Assembly: GCA_034661055.1 (NCBI GenBank)
Contig: JAYEKO010000023.1
Span: forward strand, 1 to 21,247
DNA from: Campylobacterota bacterium
GTDB taxonomy: Bacteria; Campylobacterota; Campylobacteria; Campylobacterales; Sulfurimonadaceae
Length of the DNA: 21,247 nucleotides
Direction of reading: 5' to 3'
The notes under the pieces were generated by a model. The model was not told the DNA's origin. It ran no database searches and saw only the letters and a program-made list of their open reading frames with translations. Each line of letters opens with the position of its first letter. Within the stretch, counting starts at the first letter, position 1. Made by a program: the position numbers and the translations under genes. Positions 8,434 through 17,265 of the stretch are shown one piece after another.

Positions 8434-9528
8434 ATGTTTTTAAAAAGCTTACTAATGGCTATCGTACTACTTGGAATTGCAGATGCGGCACCGATGAAAA
8501 TGTTTCAAAGTGTTGATGCCTCCAAAGCGACTCTACTTCAAAAAAGTGAGACTAAAATGTTCTGTCCAACCTGTGGAATGCACCTTCCAATGTTTTACAA
8601 AACTAACCATGCCGCTAAAGTAAATGGTGTTGAGCAGCAGTTCTGTTCTATTCACTGTCTCGCTGATGAAATGGAAAACAATAATGTTCCATTAACTGAT
8701 ATTCGTGTGGTTGATGTCACATCTTTAAAGTTCATTGACGTTTCTAAAGCAACTTATGTTGTAGGTAGTGATGTGAAAGGGACCATGACCATGGTCAGTA
8801 AGTACGCTTTTGCCAATAAAGCAGATGCCAAGGCTTTTGCTACAAAAAACGGTGGAAAACTCTTAAACTTTAAAGAGATGTATGCAGTAGTAGCAAAGGG
8901 GCTTGCTAAAGAGAGTATGATGATTGGCAAGAAACAGGCTAAGATGGCTCAAAAAGGTAAGATGATGGTTCAAAAGATGTGTGATGCATCAAAAATCAAA
9001 CCAGCATTTTCTGTAGCTGAGGCAAAAGCACAGATTATTAAAAGCAAAGCGTGTAAAAATATTAATGGTAAACAACTTCAGGCTATTGGACTCTACATTG
9101 CAAATAAAGACAAGGTAATCTCTGCTGATATTAAGACCATTACCGTTCCTAAAAAAGCAAAATGTCCTGTATGTGGCATGTTTGTCTCTAAGTATCCAAA
9201 ATGGGCAGCAGAAATTGTCATTGGTGATGGGTCATCTTACTTTGATGGGGTTAAAGATATGATGAAGTTCTATTTAGATCCAACGCTATACGGCGAAGAG
9301 TCTCCTAATTTTAAACATCTGTATGTGACTGATTACTATACTTTAGAAAAGATTAATGCTAAAACTGCAACTTATGTTCATGGATCTGATGTCTATGGTC
9401 CAATGGGACATGAGCTCATTCCTTTTAAAACTGCCAATAATGCTAAAAACTTTGTCAAAGATCATGGTGGAACCGTAGTAACTTTTGATACAATTACTCC
9501 AAAACTTGTTCATTCACTTGATCAGTAA
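8434..9528 (+). CDS. Periplasmic protein with two NosL-family domains
   Basis: Signal peptide ending IADA with no lipobox Cys. Domain 1: CPTCGM...FCSIHC...YVVGSDVKGTM. Met/Lys-rich linker with 2 Cys. Domain 2: CPVCGM...FDGVKDM...YVHGSDVYGPMGHELIPF...FVKDHGG. Confidence 0.85.
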   Translation: MFLKSLLMAIVLLGIADAAPMKMFQSVDASKATLLQKSETKMFCPTCGMHLPMFYKTNHAAKVNGVEQQFCSIHCLADEMENNNVPLTDIRVVDVTSLKFIDVSKATYVVGSDVKGTMTMVSKYAFANKADAKAFATKNGGKLLNFKEMYAVVAKGLAKESMMIGKKQAKMAQKGKMMVQKMCDASKIKPAFSVAEAKAQIIKSKACKNINGKQLQAIGLYIANKDKVISADIKTITVPKKAKCPVCGMFVSKYPKWAAEIVIGDGSSYFDGVKDMMKFYLDPTLYGEESPNFKHLYVTDYYTLEKINAKTATYVHGSDVYGPMGHELIPFKTANNAKNFVKDHGGTVVTFDTITPKLVHSLDQ

Positions 9529-9548
9529 TCATTAAGGAGTCTTTACCG

Positions 9549-9800
9549 ATGCTAAAACCTTTCTACACCGCATCGGTGTTACTTGTATTTGCACTGCTAG
9601 TCATTGTCATTCACGCCTTTAGCTTTAATGAAAGTGGACATAACTCTCAACTAAGAGAGCTGACAAAACTTTCCAATTTACATGTAATTTCACTCTCAAC
9701 ATCTGAGTATGAACCACGAATGCGAATTTATGAACATGCATCAAACCTTAGCTATCCGGAACTTTTAGCAGTTGATACGATGAGTTATGTCTATGAATAG
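9549..9800 (+). CDS. Small membrane-anchored hypothetical protein
   Basis: AAGGAG SD; one N-terminal hydrophobic helix; stop overlaps the ABC permease start. Confidence 0.75.
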   Translation: MLKPFYTASVLLVFALLVIVIHAFSFNESGHNSQLRELTKLSNLHVISLSTSEYEPRMRIYEHASNLSYPELLAVDTMSYVYE

Positions 9801-10968
9801 TACCTTTTTAAATTTTCTGACCCTACTTCTTTTTAAACATCGTAACCGCCATCTGGCTATTTTAATCATTGCTACGCTGCTGCTTGCACTGCTAAGCTCC
9901 GTACTCTTTATCTCCAGTTCCATAAACAGTGATATTAAAACTGTTTTAAAAGAGCAGAGTGACTTTACCCTACAACGTTTTTATGGTGGAAAGCAAGTTG
10001 ATATGCCACAGTCATGGCAGTACGATATTGAGGAAATTGCCGGGGTAGATAAAGTAACCCCTAGAGTGTATGGCACCTACTACATTGCACCTGGACAAGA
10101 GCACTTTTTAATTGTCGGAGTTGATTTTTTTGATGCTCAAAGCAGTAATTTTTTAAAGACGATTACTGACAACCTTAACCTTAAAGAGTTTTTACAAAAA
10201 GATAGCATGTACATCTCTAATGGAATTAAAAAGTTTTTAAAAGAGCGTTACTATGAGGAGTACTTTGAGTTTCGTCTTCGTGATGGAAGCATTAAAAAAG
10301 TTGCTATTGCAGATACATTCTCAAATCAAAGTAATATTATCAGTAATGATATGATTATTATGCCCATTGACTTAGCTCGTGAAATTCTTGGAGTGAATCA
10401 AGAGTACCTCACCGACCTTAGTTTCAATGTTCCAAACGAAGCAGAGTGGGACAATATTAAGACAAAACTCCACCTCATGCACTTTGATATTCGGGTCCTA
10501 ACCCGCAATGACATCAGCACGGCCTACCAGAACCTTTTTAATTACAAAGGCGGTATCTTCTTAGTACTGTTTTTAATTACTACCATCACCTTTATGCTCA
10601 TTTTATATCAGCGCTATTTTATGGTTTACTCTTCTGAAAAAAAAGAGATTGGGATTATGCGTGCAGTGGGTTGGAGTATTAACGACATCTTAAAACTAAA
10701 GTTTTTTGAGACACTCATTTTAATTCTTTTCTCATATGCACTCGGTATTCTTATTGCCTATATCTATGTATTTATACTCAACGCTCCGCTACTTCAAAAT
10801 ATCTTTTTAGGGAGTGCTAACCTAAGCAACAGTGTCACCTTTGCACCAGCCATCAACATGGGAGTTCTTAGCTCACTCTTTTTACTTTTTGCTGTACCAT
10901 TTATGGCGGCAGTTCTCATTCCTGTCTGGAGAGTTGCCATTATTGAACCTAAAGAGGCTATGAAATAA
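9787..10968 (+). CDS. MacB/LolE/FtsX-family (type VII) ABC permease
   Basis: TM1, large periplasmic domain, three C-terminal TMs; coupling motif EKKEIGIMRAVGWS; C-terminal PVWRVAIIEPKEAMK. Start could be 9787 or 9793. Confidence 0.9.
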   Translation: MSMNSTFLNFLTLLLFKHRNRHLAILIIATLLLALLSSVLFISSSINSDIKTVLKEQSDFTLQRFYGGKQVDMPQSWQYDIEEIAGVDKVTPRVYGTYYIAPGQEHFLIVGVDFFDAQSSNFLKTITDNLNLKEFLQKDSMYISNGIKKFLKERYYEEYFEFRLRDGSIKKVAIADTFSNQSNIISNDMIIMPIDLAREILGVNQEYLTDLSFNVPNEAEWDNIKTKLHLMHFDIRVLTRNDISTAYQNLFNYKGGIFLVLFLITTITFMLILYQRYFMVYSSEKKEIGIMRAVGWSINDILKLKFFETLILILFSYALGILIAYIYVFILNAPLLQNIFLGSANLSNSVTFAPAINMGVLSSLFLLFAVPFMAAVLIPVWRVAIIEPKEAMK

Positions 10969-11639
10969 TGCTAAACGTAAAAAACCTCTGTAAAATTTAC
11001 AGCCCAAATAACGCAAATGTTTTTCATGCCCTTACCGATATTAATTTACATGTAAATCGTGGTGAAGCAGTTATCTTAAGTGGGATAAGCGGTAGTGGAA
11101 AATCCACCCTGCTCTCTATTATGGCAGCCATGGATAAACCCACAAGCGGCGAGGTCATTGTAGATAGTACTGCTATTAGCAAGCTTCCAGACCTTCACGC
11201 TTCAGCATACCGAAGTCATCATATCGGGTTTATCTTTCAACATTTTAATCTACTTGAGGCACTGAGTGTCAAAGAAAATGTTGCACTACCACTTATTCCC
11301 CAAAATCTAGATAATGATACTATTAGCTCCAACGTAGCCACAGCGATGAGACTGGCTCATATTGATCACAAAGCCGATGCTAATGTTCATGAACTCTCTG
11401 GCGGTGAGAAACAGCGTTGCGCTATTGCCCGTGCCTTGGTTAATGACCCTAAACTAATCTTATGTGATGAGCCTACTGCTAATCTTGACCGCGAAAACTC
11501 TCTACATTTTATTGAGAGTCTGCGAGAGTTAAAAACACTAGGCAAAACTATTATTGTCGCAACTCATGATCCACTTTTTGAGCGTGTCGATTTTATTGAC
11601 ACCACTGTTCATATTAGTGATGGAGCTATACGTGAGTGA
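10968..11639 (+). CDS. LolD/MacB-type ABC ATP-binding protein
   Basis: Walker A GISGSGKST, IGFIFQHFNLL, LSGGEKQR, LILCDEPTANLD, ATHD; TAATG coupling to the permease. Confidence 0.95.
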   Translation: MLNVKNLCKIYSPNNANVFHALTDINLHVNRGEAVILSGISGSGKSTLLSIMAAMDKPTSGEVIVDSTAISKLPDLHASAYRSHHIGFIFQHFNLLEALSVKENVALPLIPQNLDNDTISSNVATAMRLAHIDHKADANVHELSGGEKQRCAIARALVNDPKLILCDEPTANLDRENSLHFIESLRELKTLGKTIIVATHDPLFERVDFIDTTVHISDGAIRE

Positions 11640-12600
11640 TGTTTTTCTTAGTAACGAAGTACTAATCTATCTCTTTAGTGAGACGGTTCTGTACATTTTG
11701 CTCTGTATCGCATTTATCTATACCATTGATTTAATTCGTCACTGGGATTTCAGACGTTTTGATGAACAGCAGTTCTTACTTGAAAAACGTGCCTATCTAG
11801 TTATGAGTGTCACTCTTTTTGTCTTTATGGTCAAAATAATTATTACACCATATTTTACATTTACTGTTGATAATTTAGCAGTACTAATTCCCGGAGCAAT
11901 GTGTGCTGCAGGTGTTGTAGCAGCCAATGAGTTTGGCTATCCGCTACTGTATTTGAAAATAGCCATCTTATTTGCTACAGGAAGTTGGATTATTATCAAC
12001 AAGCTTGATCTTAAAGCTACTACCTACCCATATTTTAAAATAAAATCATGGCTATTTGTTATAGTCTTTACACTCATTAGTGTTGAGTTTTTTCTAAATT
12101 ACAGCTATTTTGAAGCCATTGAGACTTCAGCCCCGGTAAGTTGTTGTTCTGCTATCTATACTGCTCAAAGTGGAGGGAACACCCTGCCTCTTGGTCTTGA
12201 CATCACCAAGTTACTCACTCTTTTTTACCTTCTTTTTGGATTGACCATCATCAGCAATATTAACCGATATGACAGTTTACATGTAATTGCCAATATTCTA
12301 TTTTTGATGGTAAGTTATTATGCTGTTATCTACTTTTTTGGAACCTATGTCTATGAAATACCGACCCATCAATGCCCATTTTGCATGCTTCAAAGTGAAT
12401 ACCACTATATGGGCTATCTGATCTGGATCAGCCTGCTACTTGGAACTTTTTTTGGAATTAACAGCTCTGCACTACAGCTTCTACTTAACAAAGAGATGAA
12501 GAGTGTGTATAATATCTCTTTAATTTTTAATCTGCTATTTGTTTTTACATGTAGTCTTTATGTAGCCCTATTTTACTTTAATAATGGAGTCTTTTTATGA
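11632..12600 (+). CDS. Polytopic membrane protein with Cys/His motifs, function unknown
   Basis: About 8 hydrophobic helices; loop motifs GAMCAAG, VSCCS, HQCPFCML. Start moved from 11554 to the in-frame GTG at 11632 (GGAG at 11622-11625, overlapping the ATPase stop). Confidence 0.8.
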   Translation: MSDVFLSNEVLIYLFSETVLYILLCIAFIYTIDLIRHWDFRRFDEQQFLLEKRAYLVMSVTLFVFMVKIIITPYFTFTVDNLAVLIPGAMCAAGVVAANEFGYPLLYLKIAILFATGSWIIINKLDLKATTYPYFKIKSWLFVIVFTLISVEFFLNYSYFEAIETSAPVSCCSAIYTAQSGGNTLPLGLDITKLLTLFYLLFGLTIISNINRYDSLHVIANILFLMVSYYAVIYFFGTYVYEIPTHQCPFCMLQSEYHYMGYLIWISLLLGTFFGINSSALQLLLNKEMKSVYNISLIFNLLFVFTCSLYVALFYFNNGVFL

Positions 12601-13103
12601 AAAAAATCTTAATGCCGCTTATTACTGTTGTTCTATTCGTTGGAATCCTTGCTGTTGTTATTATCTCAATGGCAGACAAAGAACATGCCAAAGTCATTGC
12701 AACAGGCAATAGTGAACAAAAAGTAATTGAGCTCAAGAAAAAAGAGTACCAGTGTTCTACATGTAAAATGGAGATAGAACATCTTCAATTCGCAGCAGAG
12801 GTCGTCAACAAGGACGGCAAAACCTGGTTTTTTGATGAGATTGGATGTGTTGTTGAGTGGATCGAAGGGCAACCTTTTAAACAGAGTGCTGTCATCTGGA
12901 CTAAAACAGAAGATACCAACATTTGGATGGATGCACGTAAAGCACACTATACACGTGACTCTATTACTCCAATGAGCTACGGCTTTGCCGCACAAGAAAA
13001 TGCAACCGATAAGACCATTGACTATGAGACAATGCGTCTAAAGATGTTAAGAGGTGAGAATATGACAGATCCTTACATCCGTAAACAGCTATTAGGTCAT
13101 TAA
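12597..13103 (+). CDS. Membrane-anchored NosL-like protein
   Basis: N-terminal TM helix, CSTCKMEI, WFFDEIGC, WMDARKAHY, TPMSYGFAA; ATGA overlap with the previous gene. Confidence 0.8.
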   Translation: MKKILMPLITVVLFVGILAVVIISMADKEHAKVIATGNSEQKVIELKKKEYQCSTCKMEIEHLQFAAEVVNKDGKTWFFDEIGCVVEWIEGQPFKQSAVIWTKTEDTNIWMDARKAHYTRDSITPMSYGFAAQENATDKTIDYETMRLKMLRGENMTDPYIRKQLLGH

Positions 13104-13105
13104 TC

Positions 13106-13813
13106 ATGGAAGCCGTTGATCTAGTCTCAATCTTTACTATCGCTTTTCTAGGCTCATTTGGTCACTGTATTGGGATGTGTGGTGGTATTGTCATCGCCTA
13201 TACAAGTGCTAAAGTGGACAATAGTTGGAATCGTATGAGAGAGTCACTCTCTCATCTTCTATACTCTTTTGGCCGTGTGAGTACTTATGTTGTCTTAGGA
13301 GCCCTCTTTGGTTATTTAGGAAGTGTCGCTACTTTTGATGGGACAACACGTGGTGCTCTTCTTATTTTTGCAGGAATTGTGATGCTTTTAACTGGTCTCT
13401 CACTGCTTGGAAAACTTAAGTTTTTAACCATAATTGAGCACTCTCTCTTAAAAAACAGATGGTATCAAGAGAACTTTAAATCACTTATTCAGTCAAAATC
13501 ACTCTTTAGCTTTTTTCTTCTTGGAATGTTAAATGGCCTGCTTCCTTGTGGTTTAGTTTACTTCTTTGCTGTCACAGCGGCAAGTACAGCAAGTCCTCTT
13601 TATGGTGCCCTTGTCATGTTAGTATTTGGTCTTAGTACTATTCCTGCACTTTTTTCATTAGGATTCTTTGTCAGCATGACACAAAAGAGCAGTTTTAGGA
13701 GTGTAATGATGCAACTTGCAGCTATTGCAGTTATTTTATATGCAGTATTTACTATTTACAACGGTTATGATTTTATGACCAATCCGGCACGAAGTATTTT
13801 GGAGTGCCACTAA
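13106..13813 (+). CDS. DsbD_2 / 'TauE/SafE-like' membrane protein (UreH-like metal-handling or thiol-redox family)
   Basis: About 6 TMs with GSFGHCIGMCGG and GMLNGLLPCGLVY motifs; ends in CH. Confidence 0.8.
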   Translation: MEAVDLVSIFTIAFLGSFGHCIGMCGGIVIAYTSAKVDNSWNRMRESLSHLLYSFGRVSTYVVLGALFGYLGSVATFDGTTRGALLIFAGIVMLLTGLSLLGKLKFLTIIEHSLLKNRWYQENFKSLIQSKSLFSFFLLGMLNGLLPCGLVYFFAVTAASTASPLYGALVMLVFGLSTIPALFSLGFFVSMTQKSSFRSVMMQLAAIAVILYAVFTIYNGYDFMTNPARSILECH

Positions 13814-13827
13814 AGCTCTAAAAACTC

Positions 13828-16104
13828 TTAAGCGTTAATAGCTTTTTCAAGATAATCTAAAAAGTCTTTATGTGTAAGGGGCTTGCTATAGTAGTAGCCC
13901 TGTGCAATATCACAACCTAGTTCTTGTAGCATCTCTGCTTGCTCTTTATACTCTATTCCTTCAGCAACAGTATCATATCCCAAACTTTGGACTAGTGCCA
14001 AGATAGCTTTTACAATTGCCACATCACTCTCATCATGTGGTAGTCCATCAATAAATGATTTATCGACCTTAACCACATCAATAGGAAGTGATTTAAGGTA
14101 ACTCATAGAGGAGTATCCTGTTCCAAAATCATCAATAGAGATCTTAAACCCAAGGGTACGCAGAGTATCAAGTACATTCTCACCATCTTCAGCCTGTTGC
14201 ATTACCGATCGTTCTGTTAATTCAATCTCAATATCTGAAGTATCAACACCCTCCTCTGCCGCAATACGAGGAAACTCTTTGGCAATATCGTACCTTATAA
14301 ACTGCTCACTTGAGACATTAACTGCTAAATGTCTTAAGTCGGGATAGATTACTTTATAGCTTCGAATTGCTATACATGCATTTCTAAACACCCACTCACC
14401 CAACTCAACAATCAGTCCACTCTCTTCTGCAATGGGAATAAACTCATTTGGACCTACAAAACCAAACTCTTTGGAGTTCCAACGGATTAGCACTTCAGCA
14501 CTGATGAGCTTGCCATTTTCAATGTTATGCTGTGGTTGAAATACTAAAAACATCTCCCCTTTATCTAATGCACCATGAAGTGCATTTTCAAGCTTCATAT
14601 TTCTTAGCACCTGCTTTGAGAGATCACTTGTAAAGAATTCAAAGCTATTGTTTCCTCCATTTTTTGCCTGATACATTGCACTCTCTGCAGCCTTAACCAA
14701 CAAGCTTGCATCTTCACCATCATCAGGATAGAGTGAAATTCCAATACTTGCACTGGTGTGAATAGTCTGCGAATTAATTTCAAATGGTTTTTTAATACTT
14801 TTTAGAATCTGAGAAGCTACTTGTGCCACTTCATTTTCTGAACGTATCTTCTCTAGAAGCACTAAAAACTCATCTCCTCCTGGACGTGCGACAATATCAC
14901 TCTGCTTTAATACATCTCTAATACGCTTAGAAACCGAAACTATGAGCTTATCTCCAGCATCATGCCCCATGGTATCATTAACATTTTTAAAACGATCTAG
15001 GTTTATTGAAATGATTGCAAAAGGTTGCTTCACACTATATGAGAGAAAGATGGCATGTTTAACCTGCTGTACAAAGCTATCTCTATTTAGCAACTCAGTC
15101 AAAGCATCATGTTGCGCCATAAAATTCATCTTTTTACTTGCCTGATCTAGTTTAGAACGCTCCATATAGACACCAATATAGTGATAGATATCTCCATCAA
15201 CAACAATAGCATTAATATGAACCAAAAAAAGAGCCACCTTGCCATCTTCACACTTATTCCATATCTCACCTTCCCATCGACGTCCATGCTCTAGTGCTGA
15301 CCACATAGAACGATAGGTTGTAATACTCTGTTTATCTGATTTAAAAATACGAGGATTCTTACCAATAAGAAACTCTTCAGAGTAACCTGTTAAGCTCTCA
15401 AAAGCTCTATTTGCAGAGAGAATTAAGCCTTCAGGAGTTGTTACTATAATTCCATTATCTGTATAATCATAAACAACATCATATATTTGAAGCTCTTTAA
15501 ACTTCTCAAAGATTTCGTCATCTGCATCAAGAGCTCTAAAAAAACTCTCCCTAGATTGACTAATTAGCCATCTTAAAATATACCATTCAGCGGCAATAGC
15601 AGCCAGATACGTTAGCAGTGTCTCTAATGAATAGTTATGTTCAAAAATAGTAATAGGCATATTAAATACAGTAGCACTATTACCTTGCAGCTTATATAAA
15701 AACAGATAGGTCAATATAGCAAGAACAGAAGCAATTGTTAATGGTTTTACATCATTATAAAATGCAAATACTACCATAGATACAAAAAAGTAGAGGTGCG
15801 ACTCAAAGGTACCCGCATTGAGCTGAACTAAAGTTGCACTAAAGAGCACAATGGTTATGGCAAAGACAATTCTAAATGGCTCATAGCCTCTAAAAATTTT
15901 GTATGCAATAATGCTCATAACAGCACCAATGCCCACCCCTACAGCAGAAAAAAATATGCTCTGCTCTAAAACAACACTTAGGCCTAAAATTAGTATAGCA
16001 CTGAGCATAACATAAGCAATTGCTCGGTTATCATTGTGTTTGTAATTTTCTAATAGATCTGGAAACTGCTCTACAGCCTCCCTATCATAAAATAATATTG
16101 CCAT
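13828..16104 (-). CDS. Membrane-bound PAS-GGDEF-EAL c-di-GMP signalling protein (likely phosphodiesterase)
   Basis: N-terminal multi-TM region, PAS (ANRAFESLTGYS...GKNPRIFKS...W.GEIWN), RPGGDEF, EVLIRW, DDFGTGYSS, AEGIE, QGYYYSKP. Start placed at ATG 16104 (GGGAAG SD) rather than 16125. Confidence 0.92.
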   Translation of the reverse strand: MAILFYDREAVEQFPDLLENYKHNDNRAIAYVMLSAILILGLSVVLEQSIFFSAVGVGIGAVMSIIAYKIFRGYEPFRIVFAITIVLFSATLVQLNAGTFESHLYFFVSMVVFAFYNDVKPLTIASVLAILTYLFLYKLQGNSATVFNMPITIFEHNYSLETLLTYLAAIAAEWYILRWLISQSRESFFRALDADDEIFEKFKELQIYDVVYDYTDNGIIVTTPEGLILSANRAFESLTGYSEEFLIGKNPRIFKSDKQSITTYRSMWSALEHGRRWEGEIWNKCEDGKVALFLVHINAIVVDGDIYHYIGVYMERSKLDQASKKMNFMAQHDALTELLNRDSFVQQVKHAIFLSYSVKQPFAIISINLDRFKNVNDTMGHDAGDKLIVSVSKRIRDVLKQSDIVARPGGDEFLVLLEKIRSENEVAQVASQILKSIKKPFEINSQTIHTSASIGISLYPDDGEDASLLVKAAESAMYQAKNGGNNSFEFFTSDLSKQVLRNMKLENALHGALDKGEMFLVFQPQHNIENGKLISAEVLIRWNSKEFGFVGPNEFIPIAEESGLIVELGEWVFRNACIAIRSYKVIYPDLRHLAVNVSSEQFIRYDIAKEFPRIAAEEGVDTSDIEIELTERSVMQQAEDGENVLDTLRTLGFKISIDDFGTGYSSMSYLKSLPIDVVKVDKSFIDGLPHDESDVAIVKAILALVQSLGYDTVAEGIEYKEQAEMLQELGCDIAQGYYYSKPLTHKDFLDYLEKAINA

Positions 16105-16163
16105 ATTTACTTCCCATAAATTCACATAAGTAGCGGAACAAAAATAACTTCATAGTTGTATCA

Positions 16164-16189
16164 ATTATATCCAAAAATATCGGTATAAT
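16164..16189. promoter_or_regulatory. Back-to-back -10 boxes for the divergent GGDEF-EAL gene and the small ORF
   Basis: TATAAT on minus at 16164-16169 and on plus at 16184-16189 within a 91-bp intergenic region. Confidence 0.6.
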
Positions 16190-16195
16190 TTCATT

Positions 16196-16417
16196 ATGAA
16201 ACAACCCTTTGAGCAAAAGTACATAAAACGTTACATTATTTTATATGTTGGTGTAATTATTAGTATGGTTATATTTTACTTTTTAAACAGTAGTAACAAC
16301 CCTAAAGAGCAGATAGATAAAAAAGAGTTCTCAACCACAGCTAAAGAAGAGACTCTAAATAAGACCTATGAGAAGCAAAATAGTCACGACATTAAACTTT
16401 TAGAAAAACGCTATTGA
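16196..16417 (+). CDS. Small single-TM hypothetical protein (73 aa)
   Basis: Basic N-terminus, one TM helix, charged tail; own -10; fills the gap and overlaps the exbD 3' end by 7 bp. Confidence 0.6.
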   Translation: MKQPFEQKYIKRYIILYVGVIISMVIFYFLNSSNNPKEQIDKKEFSTTAKEETLNKTYEKQNSHDIKLLEKRY

Positions 16418-16806
16418 GGCGCTTTTTTGTTGGTGATAATATAGAGCTGCTCATGCTCTAGTTTTTTAAGTATATCCATCACTTCAACGAAATACTGGAA
16501 TTCGGCTTCTTTATCACTACTAAGAACTACTGTCTGTTTTTTGCCAAGCTTTGAGAGTTTGTCTTCAAGTTCTAAAATAGTCACTTCAGTTTTGTCTATA
16601 GAGATTGTGCCCTCTTTATTAATGACAATATTAACCTCACTCTCTTTAGCCTCTTTCGTCTCTTTTGTCTGAGACTCTGGAAGATCCACGGGAATAATGC
16701 CCTGCTTAATAAATGTTGCCGTGGTAAGCACCATGACAAGCAGAACTAACATAATGTCAATAAATGGAATGACATTAATCTGATCAAATCGTTTCATCTT
16801 TTTCAT
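16411..16806 (-). CDS. exbD: TonB system protein ExbD
   Basis: INVIPFIDIMLVLL with conserved Asp; C-terminal SDKEAEFQYFVEVMDILK. Confidence 0.95.
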   Translation of the reverse strand: MKKMKRFDQINVIPFIDIMLVLLVMVLTTATFIKQGIIPVDLPESQTKETKEAKESEVNIVINKEGTISIDKTEVTILELEDKLSKLGKKQTVVLSSDKEAEFQYFVEVMDILKKLEHEQLYIITNKKAPQ

Positions 16807-16815
16807 CGCTGCTGC

Positions 16816-17265
16816 CTACTGCTTTTGTGTATGGTAAACATCCCAGTAGGTGAGCAACCGTTCCATCTTACGAAGTAAAATATTATAAAAAATAATGGAA
16901 GGAATAGCAACTACAAGGCCCATTGCAGTTGCTTTAAGTGCCAATGCAAGTCCTGTCATAATCTTTTTAGTATCTACCGCACCAACATCACCCAAGGTAT
17001 AAAATGTGATCATAATTCCCACTACAGTCCCTAAGAGACCTATATAGGGAGCATTTGAGCCAATAGTAGCAATTGTTGAGACATTATTTCCAATATCTAG
17101 TTCAAACATATCTTTATTGTCATAATTTTCTACTTTAACGTGACGATAGAACATTAGACGCTCAATAAAAAGCCATAAGGCAACAATGCTCATTAAAACC
17201 AGCAACCCAATAATTCCATAATCTAATGACTGCTCCGCCATTACCAAAATTTCAGATTCACTCAT
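16816..17265 (-). CDS. exbB: TonB system energizer ExbB (short Campylobacterota type)
   Basis: IGSNAPYIGLLGTVVGIM, ALALKATAMGLVVAIP; ATGA overlap with the kinase stop. Confidence 0.95.
   Translation of the reverse strand: MSESEILVMAEQSLDYGIIGLLVLMSIVALWLFIERLMFYRHVKVENYDNKDMFELDIGNNVSTIATIGSNAPYIGLLGTVVGIMITFYTLGDVGAVDTKKIMTGLALALKATAMGLVVAIPSIIFYNILLRKMERLLTYWDVYHTQKQ

Noticed and set aside
8434..13813. Calling this a nos (N2O reductase) cluster or lolCDE
   Set aside because: No nosZ/D/F/Y in the window, and the permease is MacB/LolE-type rather than NosY. The metal-motif context argues against housekeeping Lol, though this is not excluded.
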